Assembly: GCA_002269645.1 (NCBI GenBank)
Contig: NIVC01000018.1
Location: forward strand, 124,001 to 188,000
Direction of reading: 5' to 3'
DNA from: Macrostomum lignano
Lineage: Eukaryota
Length of the DNA stretch: 64,000 bases
The position numbers and the translations under genes are program-made. Numbering within the stretch: position 1 is the first letter of the stretch; every line of letters begins with the position of its first letter. Positions 61,508 through 64,000 of this stretch are shown here, piece by piece. The notes under the pieces are model-generated. The model searched no databases. It was not told where the DNA came from and saw nothing but the letters and a program-made list of their open reading frames with translations.

Positions 61508-64000
61508 CTGAGCAGAGAAAAGCCAACCATGCTGAAATTGCTTCTAGGGGCGAGTTTTGTCGGAACTTTTTTCATTGTAAACAACTGATCTTAACTAATT
61601 TCCTTAGGGTGTTCGGTGTTGTCCCCAGTGCTTCTAATATTATTATTACTCTACATTCAGGTATGCGAAATTTTGAATTGAGGCGTTGTTTGATTTTGAA
61701 AATCTGCTAATTGAGAAGGCATATTTTCTGCTTTATATGAATATATATATTATGATTATTATTATAATTAGACCTTGCATCGTTGAATAGCGAGTATCAA
61801 TTCGCACATTGACTACTGTTGTCAGTAGCTTAATATTCATATTTAATCCGCCGTTTGTTTTTAAGATGAAAAATAGCACAAACAAACTGCGTGTCCCAAA
61901 ATGTTTTAAACCACTTCGCAAAGCATTTTTAATGTATTTATTCACCAGTTGCAATACGACAAAATCGGTGCTTTTTTATCAGTTTTTCTTTTTCCAACAA
62001 ACATTTTCCATCTTTTCTTTGCTAACATTCAATTAATTTCATTTAGACAGCATTTATTGTTTATGTAAGTAATCAATCATATTTATTCGAGCTGAGAGAC
62101 AACTTTGTCCTCACGACTAAACTGTTGTCTCAGCCTTGCACCGCACTGCACTTAAAAGCTACTCCCAAATTGCTAACAACACACAGACTAATGATATCTG
62201 CAAACCTGCCTACCAATAAAGACTCTCGTTGCGATTTGATTCATTGTAAGAAAAAGTATCATTGTGAAACAGTACTTTTTTTACTGTCGCATTCTGTCTG
62301 GCTAATTACGTCGCAAAAATTGTGCAGCTGTATTTTTATTCTTGGTTTTCTCGACTCCCCTAAATTTCCCTGACCTTCTTGAAGCGTGTGCTAATTTTTA
62401 TAAAACTTTGCTGACCGTTATTCAAGCAATTATGGAGCTCATTTTTATCTATTAAATATTTTTAATAAAATTAACGTGGACCCTACCATTTGATAAAATC
62501 AAAATATACTAATTTTGTATTCGTAAATTTTGTTTTGTTACATTTTGCCTTTTTAGAAACAAAGTTCCTATTATACGATGTATCGATACTATCGAACTAA
62601 TCAATGTACAGTACACAACTCGTTTTTGAGTCTCAGTTAGATGTGGGCTATAGTTATTATATTTATTAAATCGGGCAGAAGGTTCGCGTTCATCATTGAG
62701 ACACCCGTGTTGACAGATACGCCGCTTTATAAAGCCAAATTGAACATGATCGCTGACCGCCTTTAAGGCTGTTGCGAACAAGTTCTGTGTTCAAAGATCA
62801 TGTTCGCAAGGCCTACTAAAGCGAACTAATATATTCAATCGGCTGGTAAAATTGCCGTCGATTTAAAATGAGCTAGGGGCCTAGACTATTATAGATTTAG
62901 GCTAGGGTAAGGTTAAGTACAAGAGTCGTTACAGTTTAATACTAAGCCATTTCATTATTGTTAAGCATTAGCAAGTAGTTAATCTTTACTAGGCTTAGAC
63001 ACAACTGGACTAATTGACTAGGCCCTAATAGGCCTAGTTCAAAAAGCTACATTTGATATCAAGCAACTATTTCATTGTTGGAATTTAATTGTACTGTAGT
63101 ATAGGCCAATTCACATTTTCTGGTCTACTTTAAAATAACAGGTATATTATCTTTAGTTAGAAGGCTAGGATAGGCTAATAATGACTAGATATGAGTTGAT
63201 AAGATAAGTTCTTTCTAATCTATATTTGGGCTTGGTTGAAATTTTAGAGCCTAGCACCAGGCCTATATATAGCATATGCTAGGCTTATCTATGGCTAGTA
63301 TAGGTTTTTATTGTAGCCATCAGCCATGTAAAGGTAGGGCTAGGTCTAATCAAGTGTTATATATTATATGGACATATAGCTCATATAGCTAGGTAGCTAC
63401 TTTGTCTTTAGGCTATAAAAAAGTTTTTGTTATTAATATTAGTACTAGTAAATTATTTGTAAAGCCTATATTAAACATAAACATTTCTAGTTCTAATTCT
63501 AGTATAGAGCCTACTATACTATGAACATTTAACAAATATATTTTGTTAGTATAGCCTATACTATAGGCCTAGCCTATTACTTTGTTATAAATATAAGTTA
63601 AAAAAGTAAATAAAAAAGTTTTGCCTATACTATAGCTTAACAAGGCTTAGCTAGGCTATTATTCTTTTTAAACAACCTTTATGACTATCTTACCTAGTTA
63701 GACTAGGCTAGTCTACCTCACTTAGTCTATCTAATCTAGTTTATTCTAGCTAGGCTTCTTTATTCTAAGCTATTTTTCTTTGGCTAGCCTTTATAATTAT
63801 CTTTCAAGGAAATATCTAGAGAAATTTAAAAAGGGCAAACTATACAAAGCAACTATAACCTAAAATTAGAAAATAGACCTTGGCCAAAATATATGACCCA
63901 GAGTTTTTAATCCATAGTTAAGGGAGATATCATGGCTATGGCCCCTTGGGACCTTTGGATCTATCTTTGCTATCTCTTCTAGGTAGCCTTTCTAGGCACT

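Overview
Eukaryotic (metazoan) genomic DNA: GC-rich spliced exons separated by long minisatellites and AT-rich spacers. This style suggests a free-living flatworm such as Macrostomum, but that is inference only. Six genes could be reconstructed by hand with phase-consistent GT-AG junctions: (1) an alpha/beta-type syntrophin, minus strand, 4 exons, 23010-16010; (2,3) two intronless nucleoplasmin-domain paralogs, minus strand, 25237-24299 and 30503-29667, whose 302-bp core is ~98% identical while the rest is strongly diverged; (4) BCAS3/Rudhira, plus strand, about 38876-43393; (5) a BTB protein with a probable divergent MATH-like N-terminus, minus strand, 55494-54067; (6) a degenerate-RRM plus coiled-coil protein, plus strand, 59517-61507. 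About 25 tandem arrays (units of 2-43 bp) generate most of the long ORFs in the supplied track; these are treated as artefacts. Mobile DNA includes a 266-bp MITE with 15-bp TIRs and an 8-bp TSD, two foldback-like elements built from GTCAAC repeats, a degenerate CCATAGAC-motif family, and a tRNA-derived SINE. No CRISPR, rRNA or intact tRNA was found. No clear-cut new biological system is evident. The best leads are the mosaic nucleoplasmin pair, the orphan adaptor genes, and the satellite and TpA-rich composition patterns.
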